Positions 19,690-28,267 of a DNA stretch of 64,000 nt are shown one piece after another. The position numbers were made by a program, and so were the translations under genes. The DNA is from Candidatus Multivoradales bacterium (GTDB lineage Bacteria > Acidobacteriota > Thermoanaerobaculia > Multivoradales > Multivoraceae). The stretch is taken from the NCBI GenBank assembly GCA_965223325.1, contig CBDCWI010000001.1, forward strand, positions 1,440,001 through 1,504,000, written 5' to 3'. The notes under the pieces were generated by a model, which saw nothing but the letters and a program-made list of their open reading frames with translations, was not told the origin of the DNA and ran no database searches. How positions within the stretch are numbered: the first letter of the stretch is position 1; every line of letters starts with the position of its first letter.

Positions 19690-20862
19690 ATGAAAACGCC
19701 CCCTTTCGAAAGAGCCCACGTCCTTGCCCTGGCGTGTACAGCCATGGTCACGCTGGGAGGCACGGCCGCGGAGTCCGAAACCCGCACCGCGCTCTATCTC
19801 GATCGCACCGTCAGCCTCGCAGAGACCCTGCCCGACCCCACTGACCTCTGGGTTCGCCCGGCAGATCTGACGCGCGTCAACGGCTTCGAACTCAAGCCCG
19901 AAGGCGCCTGCCTCGACGACCTGTGCATTCCGCTCGAGCAGGGGCCCGAGAGCTCACGTGACGACGACATCGTTCTGCAGAAAGGCGACGACGTTTGGTT
20001 CAGCCTGACCGGTTTTGCCGAGCGCGTCGGCCAGGCCTGGGTCAGCGACGCCGAGGACGGTGTGTGGAGCTTCGGAACCATTCCGGTCGCACGGTCTTCT
20101 TTTCATGAGCAGGCGCTGGCTCCCGACTTCGCTCTCGAGGATCGCAACGGGGAGATTGTCCGACTCTCCGACTTCCGTGGCAAGAAGGTTTTGATCGTCA
20201 CCTGGGCGTCCTGGTGAGGATGTTCCAGGGACCTGCCAGGTTGGCAGGCTACGTACCAGGAACTGCGTGACCAGAACTTCGAGCTCATCGCCGTCGCCCA
20301 GGACACCGGCGGGCTCCCCGCCGCCGGACCCTTCTATGAAACCGCTGCAGCCACCTATGCCGCTCTGATCGACCCTCGCCACACGGTGAGCGCACTTTAC
20401 GACCTCGTCAACGTGCCGACCGGCATCATGATCGACGAGGAGGGGCGCATCGTGCGCATCGACGAAGGCACCTACACCAAGAAGTACAAGGCCGGAGCAC
20501 TCGAGTTCGGCACCGACGAGTACCTGCCGCTGCTGCGCGATTGGGTGGCGAACGGCGCCGAAAGCGCCGTCGCCCGGTCAGCGTCCGAGGCGCGCCGCAA
20601 CATCGAGCGCCCAGACGACAAGCAAAACAGGGCACAGGCAGCTTTCAGGCTCGGCGTCTACTTTCACGAGCAAGCCGACGCCGAACGCGCCGACCGCTAC
20701 TGGCAGATGGCGCAAGAACTCCACCCCGAAAGCTGGAACTACCATCGCCAGGACTGGTCCTTCACTCCTGAAGAGGCCGGCGCCAACTGGCTCCGGAAGT
20801 TCCAGGAGCTCGACGGCAAGCCCTACTACCGGCCCATGGACCTGCCGGAAGAGCTGCCGTAA
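19690..20862 (+). CDS. TlpA/redoxin family probable selenoprotein (WASW-U-GC), exported; TGA at 20215-20217 read as Sec
   Basis: ORFs 19690-20217 and 20386-20862 are in one frame separated only by TGA; translation continues U-GCSRDLPGWQATYQELRDQNFELIAVAQD (thioredoxin fold); hairpin follows the TGA. Confidence 0.8.
20232..20248 (+). promoter_or_regulatory. Putative bacterial SECIS hairpin
   Basis: CCTGCCA-GGT-TGGCAGG; apical loop starts with G about 21 nt after the UGA. Confidence 0.7.
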
Positions 20863-20949
20863 CCATAGGGCAAGCGGCCAAGCCTGGTTCCGGGCTCAGG
20901 TGGCGGGATCTGAACTGAGTTGCGTTCTCTCTAGCAGGAGAGCAACGCG

Positions 20950-21720
20950 ATGACTGAGACAACCGAAGAACACCCGCAGTCCCCGTCGAGGAACGCCCTT
21001 CGCCAGGGAGTGGACAAGAGCGGCTTTCGCTACTTCGCCGAGGGCGATATCGGCCAGGCGCACGCCATGGCGCACGAACTCCTCGACGACGGGCGAGAGC
21101 TCGACGGCTACGTGCAGCTAGGAGAATGGCTGCGGCTGTTCGAGGCCTCAGGCGCCCCCATCGACCGCGCATCGAGTGAGTGGATTCACTTGCAGTGGCA
21201 CATGGCGGTGTTCGAGATCGCCGCCGGGCAACTCATCGCCGCCTACGAACGCTACCGGCGCGCGATTCTGCCGTTCGTGCCAGCTGGCAAGGCGCTGACC
21301 GACGCACCGTCTCTCTTGTGGCGATTGCACGTGGCACCTGAGGCCGCCGCCACCGGCGAGCCTTGGACCTCTGAATGGCAGTGCGTGTGCGACGCTGCGC
21401 TCGAGCGCATGGACCTCGAATGCAACGCCTACATTGCCGTTCACCATTTGCTCGCCTTCGCCGGCGCACGCGACGTCCGCTCGCTCGACACCTGGCTCGA
21501 CGCCTTCTACGCCAGAGCTCCCTGCTGCCAGAAGAGCCGCTTCCTGCTGCAGATCGGCTGGGGCCTGCGAACGTTCGCCAATCGCGACTATCTGCCCGCG
21601 ACTCGACTCCTCGAGAACCCTTCCCAGGAGGTCGCACAGTTCGGAGGCAGTGCAGCACAGAACGGAATCTTCAAGCAGATTCAGCAACAGGCAGCGTTGT
21701 ACTGCGCCAACGCTGCCTGA
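20950..21720 (+). CDS. TPR-like helical protein (resembles TTC38-type C-terminal region)
   Basis: HAMAH, HLQWHMAVFE, DAPSLLWRL, FGGSAAQ motifs; AGGAG SD. Confidence 0.6.
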   Translation: MTETTEEHPQSPSRNALRQGVDKSGFRYFAEGDIGQAHAMAHELLDDGRELDGYVQLGEWLRLFEASGAPIDRASSEWIHLQWHMAVFEIAAGQLIAAYERYRRAILPFVPAGKALTDAPSLLWRLHVAPEAAATGEPWTSEWQCVCDAALERMDLECNAYIAVHHLLAFAGARDVRSLDTWLDAFYARAPCCQKSRFLLQIGWGLRTFANRDYLPATRLLENPSQEVAQFGGSAAQNGIFKQIQQQAALYCANAA

Positions 21721-21753
21721 CTACCGCCCCGCGCCCCGGATGACTGCCAGGCT

Positions 21754-22716
21754 CTACTTTCTCGCCAGTAACCACCACTTCATGGTCGTACTCACGGTGT
21801 CCGCGGCGTCCTGCTGGACGAAGTGGCCGGCACCGGGCACGGTGACCAGGGTGTAGTCGGCGTTGATCCAGTCCCAGGTGTTGTTGAGACCGTCGGAGTG
21901 CAGGGCCGTGTCGGCGAGGCCGTGGAACTGCAGCACCGGGATCTCGAGTGCGGGCGCGGCGGGCGGAGTCGGCCCATCCGAGCGCGGGTAGTTCACCTTG
22001 TAGTAGGCGAGCATGGCGTCGAAGTCGGAGCGCTTGAACGCCTCGACGTACACCTTCTTGGCATCGGGATCGGTGACCCAACCGGAGAGCGTCATGGCGT
22101 TCATCGGCATGCCGAAGAAGATGTCGGGATCGCTGGCGTTTCCCTCCTGAAATTTGCGCGCGTAGCCGCTGTTCTTCTGCTGCTCTTCATTAGAAGCCAT
22201 TTCACGCCCCATACCGTTGGGATGCGGCAGGTTGAGGATGATCAGGTTCTCGGTCATCTTCGGCATGAAGAAGGCGAACTGCCAGGCAACTGCACCACCC
22301 CAATCGTGCCCAACGATGGTCGCCTTCTCTGCTCCGAGACTCTTGATCACGGCGGCGACGTCACCGATCAAGTTCGGCATCGCGTAGGACGCCTGACCTT
22401 CTGGCGCGTCGCTCTTGTTGTAGCCGCGCTGGTCGATGGCGACGACCTTGAAATCACTCGACAGCTCCTCCATCTGGTGACGCCAGCTGTACCAGAAGTC
22501 CGGGAAGCCGTGAATCATGACCACCAGCGGGCCTTCTCCGAGGGTGGCGTAGTGGATCTTGACGCCATTGTTCTCGGCGAAACCGTGGGTGACGCTCTCG
22601 AGAAAGGCATTGGCGTCGGCCGCTCTCGAGGCGGCGGCCACTGGAGCCGCGGCGGCGACCAACAATCCAAGAACGGCAGTAACGAGGGCGGTCAGATGGC
22701 ACGTGCGACGTTGCAT
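21754..22716 (-). CDS. Secreted alpha/beta hydrolase, epoxide hydrolase-like
   Basis: HGFPD.WYSWR, GHDWGG (Asp nucleophile), AGHFVQ; signal peptide. Confidence 0.9.
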   Translation of the reverse strand: MQRRTCHLTALVTAVLGLLVAAAAPVAAASRAADANAFLESVTHGFAENNGVKIHYATLGEGPLVVMIHGFPDFWYSWRHQMEELSSDFKVVAIDQRGYNKSDAPEGQASYAMPNLIGDVAAVIKSLGAEKATIVGHDWGGAVAWQFAFFMPKMTENLIILNLPHPNGMGREMASNEEQQKNSGYARKFQEGNASDPDIFFGMPMNAMTLSGWVTDPDAKKVYVEAFKRSDFDAMLAYYKVNYPRSDGPTPPAAPALEIPVLQFHGLADTALHSDGLNNTWDWINADYTLVTVPGAGHFVQQDAADTVSTTMKWWLLARK

Positions 22717-22856
22717 AGGGTCCTCCCGGGCGCTTGCGGGCGCCAACGGTGATCTGTTTGCTGCAGGCTAGGGGTCGGTTGTCATCCTACGATGTCACGG
22801 ACGCCAAGGTTCCTGACGCGCCTCGGATGTCGAGCGGTGCACTAGGCTGATGGGCA

Positions 22857-24779
22857 ATGACCCCTCAGTCTCAGCCGACCGTCATCTTGCGGTCCTCGCC
22901 CTGGCGCCGCGCGCCCGCCTGGTTGCGTTTTCTCGGGCTCGAGAACCAGGTCACCGCGTTCGAGCTCGCCGAAGTCGCTCCCGCCCTCGCGGTGATCTCC
23001 GGCTGGATCGATAGGGGCGTGCCCGTTGCTGGATTCGTCTCGTACGAAGGTGCACCGGCCCTCGACCCAACGATGGTGGCGCACGCGCCGAGACGCGAAC
23101 AACCGATTCTGTGGTTTGGGGCCTTTGACGGGGTGCAGTCGTCAGAGGAGCTGGCCGCAGTCTTGACGCCGCCGGAACGAAGGGCCCTCGAAGGCGCACC
23201 TCCTCGCCGCTACAACGCACGGCCCGCGGTAACCGCCTCGGAGCACCGGGAGGCGACCGAGACCATTCGCCGCGCCATCGCACGAGGCGACGTCTACCAG
23301 GTCAACCTCACCTATCTGTGCAATCTGATCGCCCTGGAGGAGACTGAGCCCGCCACCGGTAGTTCGAGAAACAGGCGAGATCAGCCGGCTCTCGAGCTTT
23401 TTGTCCAGCTACTCGGTCTACAGGACGCTCCCTTCGCCGGCTGCATCACACACCCTGACTTCGAGATCTGTTCGGCATCACCTGAATTGTTTTTCGAGGT
23501 CCAGAAGCAGCGCGTCATCATGCGCCCGATGAAGGGCACGGCCGCCCGCGGTCGCTTCCTCGCCGAAGATCACCAGGCCAGAGAGGAGCTCTTTCAAAGC
23601 GAGAAGGACCGCGCCGAGAACCTGATGATCGTCGACATGGTGCGCAACGACCTCGGCCGCATCGCGAACCCCGGCAGCGTCGAGGTCAACAGCCTCTTTG
23701 ACATCGAGACCTACCGCACCCTCCACCAGATGACCTCGACCGTCTCGGGCCAGTGCAATGCGTCCTTTCCAGAGCTTCTTGCGGCGCTCTTCCCCTGCGC
23801 CTCAGTCACCGGCGCGCCGCGCTTCGCTGCGATGAAGGCCATCAGAGATCTGGAAGCCGGACCGCGCGCGGTCTATACCGGAACCCTCGGCTACTGGCTG
23901 CCGGGCCGCCAGGCGCAATGGAACGTCGCCATCCGAACCGCGACCAGAACCCGCACGGTGAACCAAGCAGGCAAGGGGAGCGTCACCGCCGGCTACTCCT
24001 ACGGTGTCGGCAGCGGCATTGTCTGGGACTCGAGCCCAACCAACGAGTGGGAGGAGTGCCGAACCAAGTCACAGATCACCCGTGGCCGGGAACGATCCTT
24101 CGAGCTCTTCGAGACCATGCTGTGGCGACCCCATCGTGGAGTACGCCTCCTCGAAGAACACTTGGCCCGACTTCGTGAGTCGTGCTGCTACTTTGACTAC
24201 CCCTACGACGAAAGAGAAGTCCTCGACGCCCTCTGGCAACACACCGGGTCGGCCCGCACCGCGCTCCGGCTGCGACTGCTGGTCAGCGAGGCCGGGGTCG
24301 TGAGGCTCGAGAGCACTCCTTTCGAACCCTCTGCCCAACGAACCTGGAGGGTCGCCCTGGCCCGCGGTCCAGTCGACGAAAGCGACCGCCGCCTGTTTCA
24401 CAAAACAACCGACCGCAGACTCTACGAGCACGCGGCGGCCGACTTCCCCGAGGTCTCTGAGGTCCTGCTCTACAACCGCGAGCGCTGCCTGACCGAAGGC
24501 ACGATCAGCAACGTCGCCCTCTTGCTCGATCACCAATGGGTCACCCCGGCCCGCACCAGCGGTCTGCTCGCCGGCACCCTGCGCGCGCGCCTCTTAGAAC
24601 GCGAGCGGCTGATCGAAAGGCCGGTGACTCTCGAGGAAGCGGCAACCGCGACGGACTTCGTCCTCATGAACTCAGTCCGGGGCCTGGTGCGAGTCCGCAA
24701 CCAGGACCAGCTTCGGCACGACCTCGAAGGGGTGGGGGATGAACGGCTTCACGAACTTCGTGATACACTGTTCTCGTGA
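22857..24779 (+). CDS. pabB: Aminodeoxychorismate synthase component I fused to class IV aminotransferase/ADC lyase (PabB-PabC)
   Basis: GDVYQVNL, SPELFF, PMKGT, ENLMIVDMVRNDLGR, FPCASVTGAP; C-terminal ETM..HLARL, HKTT.R, TEGTISN, GLLAGTLR. Confidence 0.9.
   Translation: MTPQSQPTVILRSSPWRRAPAWLRFLGLENQVTAFELAEVAPALAVISGWIDRGVPVAGFVSYEGAPALDPTMVAHAPRREQPILWFGAFDGVQSSEELAAVLTPPERRALEGAPPRRYNARPAVTASEHREATETIRRAIARGDVYQVNLTYLCNLIALEETEPATGSSRNRRDQPALELFVQLLGLQDAPFAGCITHPDFEICSASPELFFEVQKQRVIMRPMKGTAARGRFLAEDHQAREELFQSEKDRAENLMIVDMVRNDLGRIANPGSVEVNSLFDIETYRTLHQMTSTVSGQCNASFPELLAALFPCASVTGAPRFAAMKAIRDLEAGPRAVYTGTLGYWLPGRQAQWNVAIRTATRTRTVNQAGKGSVTAGYSYGVGSGIVWDSSPTNEWEECRTKSQITRGRERSFELFETMLWRPHRGVRLLEEHLARLRESCCYFDYPYDEREVLDALWQHTGSARTALRLRLLVSEAGVVRLESTPFEPSAQRTWRVALARGPVDESDRRLFHKTTDRRLYEHAAADFPEVSEVLLYNRERCLTEGTISNVALLLDHQWVTPARTSGLLAGTLRARLLERERLIERPVTLEEAATATDFVLMNSVRGLVRVRNQDQLRHDLEGVGDERLHELRDTLFS
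24749..24769 (+). promoter_or_regulatory. Operator palindrome + -10 box of TA operon
   Basis: TCACGAA-C-TTCGTGA immediately followed by TACACT, 6 nt before the GTG start. Confidence 0.6.
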
Positions 24780-25009
24780 AAAACGTGACCGTCTCCCTGG
24801 ACGAAGAAACAGCCAGCTGGCTCCGCATCCGGGCAGCCGAGGCCGATACAAGCGTCTCGCGATTCTTGGCCACGCTCCTCCTCGAGAAGCGCCGCGAAGA
24901 AGAGGTCTATCGAATCGCTCGTGACCGAGCACTCTCTGTCGAGCCGATGACCCTCCGGGAAAGCCCCGAGAGCCCCCTGCCCAGCCGGTCTGACCTTTAT
25001 GACCGCTGA
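24776..25009 (+). CDS. CopG/ribbon-helix-helix antitoxin (VapB-like)
   Basis: MKNVTVSLDEETASWLRIRAAE..TSVSRFL; ends PSRSDLYDR; overlaps the PIN gene. Confidence 0.85.
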   Translation: MKNVTVSLDEETASWLRIRAAEADTSVSRFLATLLLEKRREEEVYRIARDRALSVEPMTLRESPESPLPSRSDLYDR

Positions 25010-25457
25010 GGCGCTTTCGCGGGCGGGCGTGTTTGTCGATACGAACGTCCTGGTCTATCGACATGACGCAACTGAACCCTTGAAACAGGAGCGGGCGGCA
25101 GGCTGGATCGATAGCTTGTGGCAATCGCATGCGGGCAGAATCAGCGTTCAGGTGATGCAGGAGTTCTACTCCACTGTGACGCGAAAGCTAAAGCCTGGTC
25201 TGGAGCGCGACGTCGCGCGGCAGCTGCTCGAGCCCTACGAGGCGTGGGAACCTGTGCCGATGAGCCCAGCGTTGTTGCGGTTGGCCTGGAACCTGGAAGA
25301 CTCCTACTCCCTCTCATGGTGGGACTCCCTGATCGTTGCGGCAGCCCATCGTTCGAGGAGCCGGTTCCTACTCAGCGAAGACCTGTCTCACGATGCAGAG
25401 ATTGGCTCCGTTCGGATCCTCAGTCCGTTTGCGGCTTCGCCCTCCGATCTGTACTGA
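24999..25457 (+). CDS. PIN domain toxin (VapC-like)
   Basis: FVDTNVLVY, QV.QEF, WDSLIVAAA, LLSEDL. Confidence 0.92.
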   Translation: MTAEALSRAGVFVDTNVLVYRHDATEPLKQERAAGWIDSLWQSHAGRISVQVMQEFYSTVTRKLKPGLERDVARQLLEPYEAWEPVPMSPALLRLAWNLEDSYSLSWWDSLIVAAAHRSRSRFLLSEDLSHDAEIGSVRILSPFAASPSDLY

Positions 25458-25485
25458 ACCTCGAAGGCTTCGGGGGCTGCCGCCG

Positions 25486-27354
25486 CTACTTCTCGCGCTT
25501 GCGATCCGAGGGGTTGAGGACCTTCTTGCGCATACGGTAGGCCTCAGGGGTCACCTCGACCAGCTCGTCTTCTTTGACGAACTCGAGTGCTTCTTCGAGG
25601 GTCAAAATGCGCGCGGGAGTGAGACGAACCGTGTCGTCGCTGCCGGCGGCACGCATGTTGGTCAGCTTCTTTTCGCGGGTTACATTGACATCGAGCTGAC
25701 TGGGGCGGTTGTGCTCGCCAACGATCTGCCCCATGTAGACCTGGTCGCCAGGTGCCACAAAGAGCTCGCCGCGGGGAGCCAGCCCGGCGACCGAGTAGGC
25801 GGTGACCCGACCAGGACGATCGGCAACCAGGGCGCCTCGATCGCGGTGCCGGATCTCACCCTGCCAGGGCTCCCAGCCATCAAAAAGATGATTGAGAAGA
25901 CCCGTGCCCCGGGTCTGCTCGAGAAATTCGCCGCGTAAACCGATCAGGCCCCTCGCCGGGATCCGGATGTCGATGCGAACGCGATGACCGCTGGGCTTGA
26001 TCTGCAGAATGCGACCTTTGCGCGGCCCCATCATCTGAGTCACCGTGCCGACGTGCTCTTCCGGCACGTCGATCACCATGAGCTCCATCGGCTCGTGCAA
26101 CGTGCCGTCGATCTGCCGGGTGATGACCTGCGGTTTGCCGAGCGCCATCTCGTACCCTTCGCGGCGCATCGTCTCGACGAGAATCGCCATTTGCAGTTCG
26201 CCGCGGCCTTCGACCTTGAAGACATCCGGCGAGTCGGTCGTCGCAAAGCGCATTGCGACGTTGTGCAGCATTTCCTTCTCGAGCCGTTCGAGCAGATTGC
26301 GCGAGGTGACGTACTTGCCCGACTTGCCGGCCACCGGCGAGTTGTTGACGTGGAACATCATCGACAAGGTGGGTTCGTCGACTCGAATCCCGGGCAGCGG
26401 CCTGGGGTCTATGGAATCGGCAATGGTGTCGCCGATCGTCACTTCCCCGATTCCGGTGACCGCCACGATGTGTCCCGGGCCCGCTTGAGCGATTTCTGTC
26501 CGGTCGAGACCCTCGTAGCCATAGAGCACCGAGATCTTGGCCGTACGCGGTTCAGCGGGCTCGGCCTCGGTACCGGGGGCCATCGGGTTGGGGCACACGG
26601 CAACCTGCATGCCTTTCGAAACAGTGCCCGACTGGATGCGGCCGATCGCCAGACGACCGGTGAACGAATCCCAGTCCAGGTTGGTCACCAGGATCTGGAG
26701 CGGCATCTCGGGGTCGTAGCGCGGCGGCGGCACGGTTTCGATGATCTGGTCGAAAAGTGGCTGGAGGTCAGTCTCTTCACCGTCCGGGGTCAAACGGCAG
26801 GTACCGGCTTTGGCGTTGGTGTAGAAGACCGGAAAGTCGAGCTGCTCCTCGGTCGCGTCGAGGTCGATGAAAAGGTCGTAGACCTCATCGAGCACTTCGG
26901 CAGCGCGCGCGTCCTGGCGGTCGATCTTGTTGATCACTACGATCTGGGAGAGGCCTGCAGCCAGCGCTTTCTGCAGGACGAAGCGCGTTTGCGGGAGCGG
27001 GCCCTCAGCCGCATCGACTAACAACAGCACCGCGTCAACCATCGTCAGGGTGCGCTCGACCTCGCCACCGAAATCGGCGTGACCCGGGGTGTCGACAATG
27101 TTGATGCTGTGATCGCCCCAGGTCACCGCGGTGTTCTTGGCCATGATCGTGATGCCGCGTTCACGCTCGAGGTCGTTCGAATCCATCACCCGATCGACGA
27201 CCGTCTGGTGGGCACCGAAAACGCCGCTCTGCCACAAAAGCGCATCGACCAGGGTTGTCTTGCCGTGATCGACGTGCGCGACAATGGCGAGGTTGCGCAG
27301 CTTGCTCTGCTCGGCAGTGCGTTCGGTCATGGGTTCTTCAGTTGCAGTGCTCAT
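25486..27354 (-). CDS. typA: Translational GTPase TypA/BipA
   Basis: [56 protein letters not shown]; start 27354 or 27330. Confidence 0.97.
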   Translation of the reverse strand: MSTATEEPMTERTAEQSKLRNLAIVAHVDHGKTTLVDALLWQSGVFGAHQTVVDRVMDSNDLERERGITIMAKNTAVTWGDHSINIVDTPGHADFGGEVERTLTMVDAVLLLVDAAEGPLPQTRFVLQKALAAGLSQIVVINKIDRQDARAAEVLDEVYDLFIDLDATEEQLDFPVFYTNAKAGTCRLTPDGEETDLQPLFDQIIETVPPPRYDPEMPLQILVTNLDWDSFTGRLAIGRIQSGTVSKGMQVAVCPNPMAPGTEAEPAEPRTAKISVLYGYEGLDRTEIAQAGPGHIVAVTGIGEVTIGDTIADSIDPRPLPGIRVDEPTLSMMFHVNNSPVAGKSGKYVTSRNLLERLEKEMLHNVAMRFATTDSPDVFKVEGRGELQMAILVETMRREGYEMALGKPQVITRQIDGTLHEPMELMVIDVPEEHVGTVTQMMGPRKGRILQIKPSGHRVRIDIRIPARGLIGLRGEFLEQTRGTGLLNHLFDGWEPWQGEIRHRDRGALVADRPGRVTAYSVAGLAPRGELFVAPGDQVYMGQIVGEHNRPSQLDVNVTREKKLTNMRAAGSDDTVRLTPARILTLEEALEFVKEDELVEVTPEAYRMRKKVLNPSDRKREK

Positions 27355-27732
27355 GGGTTTCTCGATGAACTGGAGGAAGACGTCATGCGTCGAGCAGGCG
27401 GCGCACGGGATTGGAAGGCGGTGGGCTTCGGTGGCGAGAGCCCTGCTGGCGGCAGTCCGGGCACTCGCCGCCAGGTGGGCCACCAGAATCTCTGACTACC
27501 GGAGGTCAACAGGCGCTCGGTGTAGCAGGAACTCTGTCTTTCTGGAACTCTGTGCGATGGAAGCGACCCCTCCTGGATGGGTGCTCCGCCGGTCCCACCG
27601 ACAAGCATGATTGTATTGCACTTCACCAACCGGCGAGAAACGATGCTGGAACACCCGGCGGCATCGCGCGTTGTTTCTGCTGCTCGCTCCCTCACGCACC
27701 CACGTGCCCAAGAACGCCCCGAGGAGTCAACC

Positions 27733-28266
27733 TTGAGACCCAACGCTCCATCGAAGCCCAGGCTCATCGCCCTGGCGCGCCTGTCCGCCATCGCTGCTCT
27801 TGGTGTGCTCCTCGGAGTCGCCACCGCCACGGCCGAAGAGGCTACCCGAGTCGCCGACCTCGACTGGCTCGCTGGCCACTGGCGCAGCGACGTCGACACA
27901 GTGAAGCCGGTCACCGGGCAGCCGGTTTCTGAAGAGTGGTGGACCGACCCTGGTGGCGGACTGATGCTCGGTAGCCATCGCGACATGCGACCGGGCCGGC
28001 GATCGTTCTTCGAGTACCTCCGCATCGAAGACCGCGAAGAGGGCGCGGTCTACTTCGCCAGCCCGCGCGGCAGCGAAGCCACGGCGTTTCCTCTGGTAGA
28101 GCACGACAACTCAGACGGGCAATGGTCCGCGACCTTCGAGAACCCCGAGCACGACTGGCCGCAGCGTCTGGTCTACAGCCGCAGCGGAGACCGTTTGACG
28201 GTAAAAGCGGAAGGCCTGGACGAAACAGCGCGCCAGGCGGAGTGGCAGTTTTCCCTGGTCCCCTAG
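27733..28266 (+). CDS. Secreted DUF6265-like protein
   Basis: Signal peptide, LDWLAGHW, EEWW..P.GGLMLG, FEYLRI, FENPEHDWPQRL.Y; TTG start with GAGGAG SD. Confidence 0.8.
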   Translation: MRPNAPSKPRLIALARLSAIAALGVLLGVATATAEEATRVADLDWLAGHWRSDVDTVKPVTGQPVSEEWWTDPGGGLMLGSHRDMRPGRRSFFEYLRIEDREEGAVYFASPRGSEATAFPLVEHDNSDGQWSATFENPEHDWPQRLVYSRSGDRLTVKAEGLDETARQAEWQFSLVP

Positions 28267-28267
28267 A

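Noticed and set aside
20215-20217. Pseudogene or genetic-code reassignment explanation for the in-frame TGA codons
   Set aside because: TGA is a normal stop for many genes here, and both internal TGAs fall exactly on catalytic Cys positions with 3' hairpins, which favours Sec recoding
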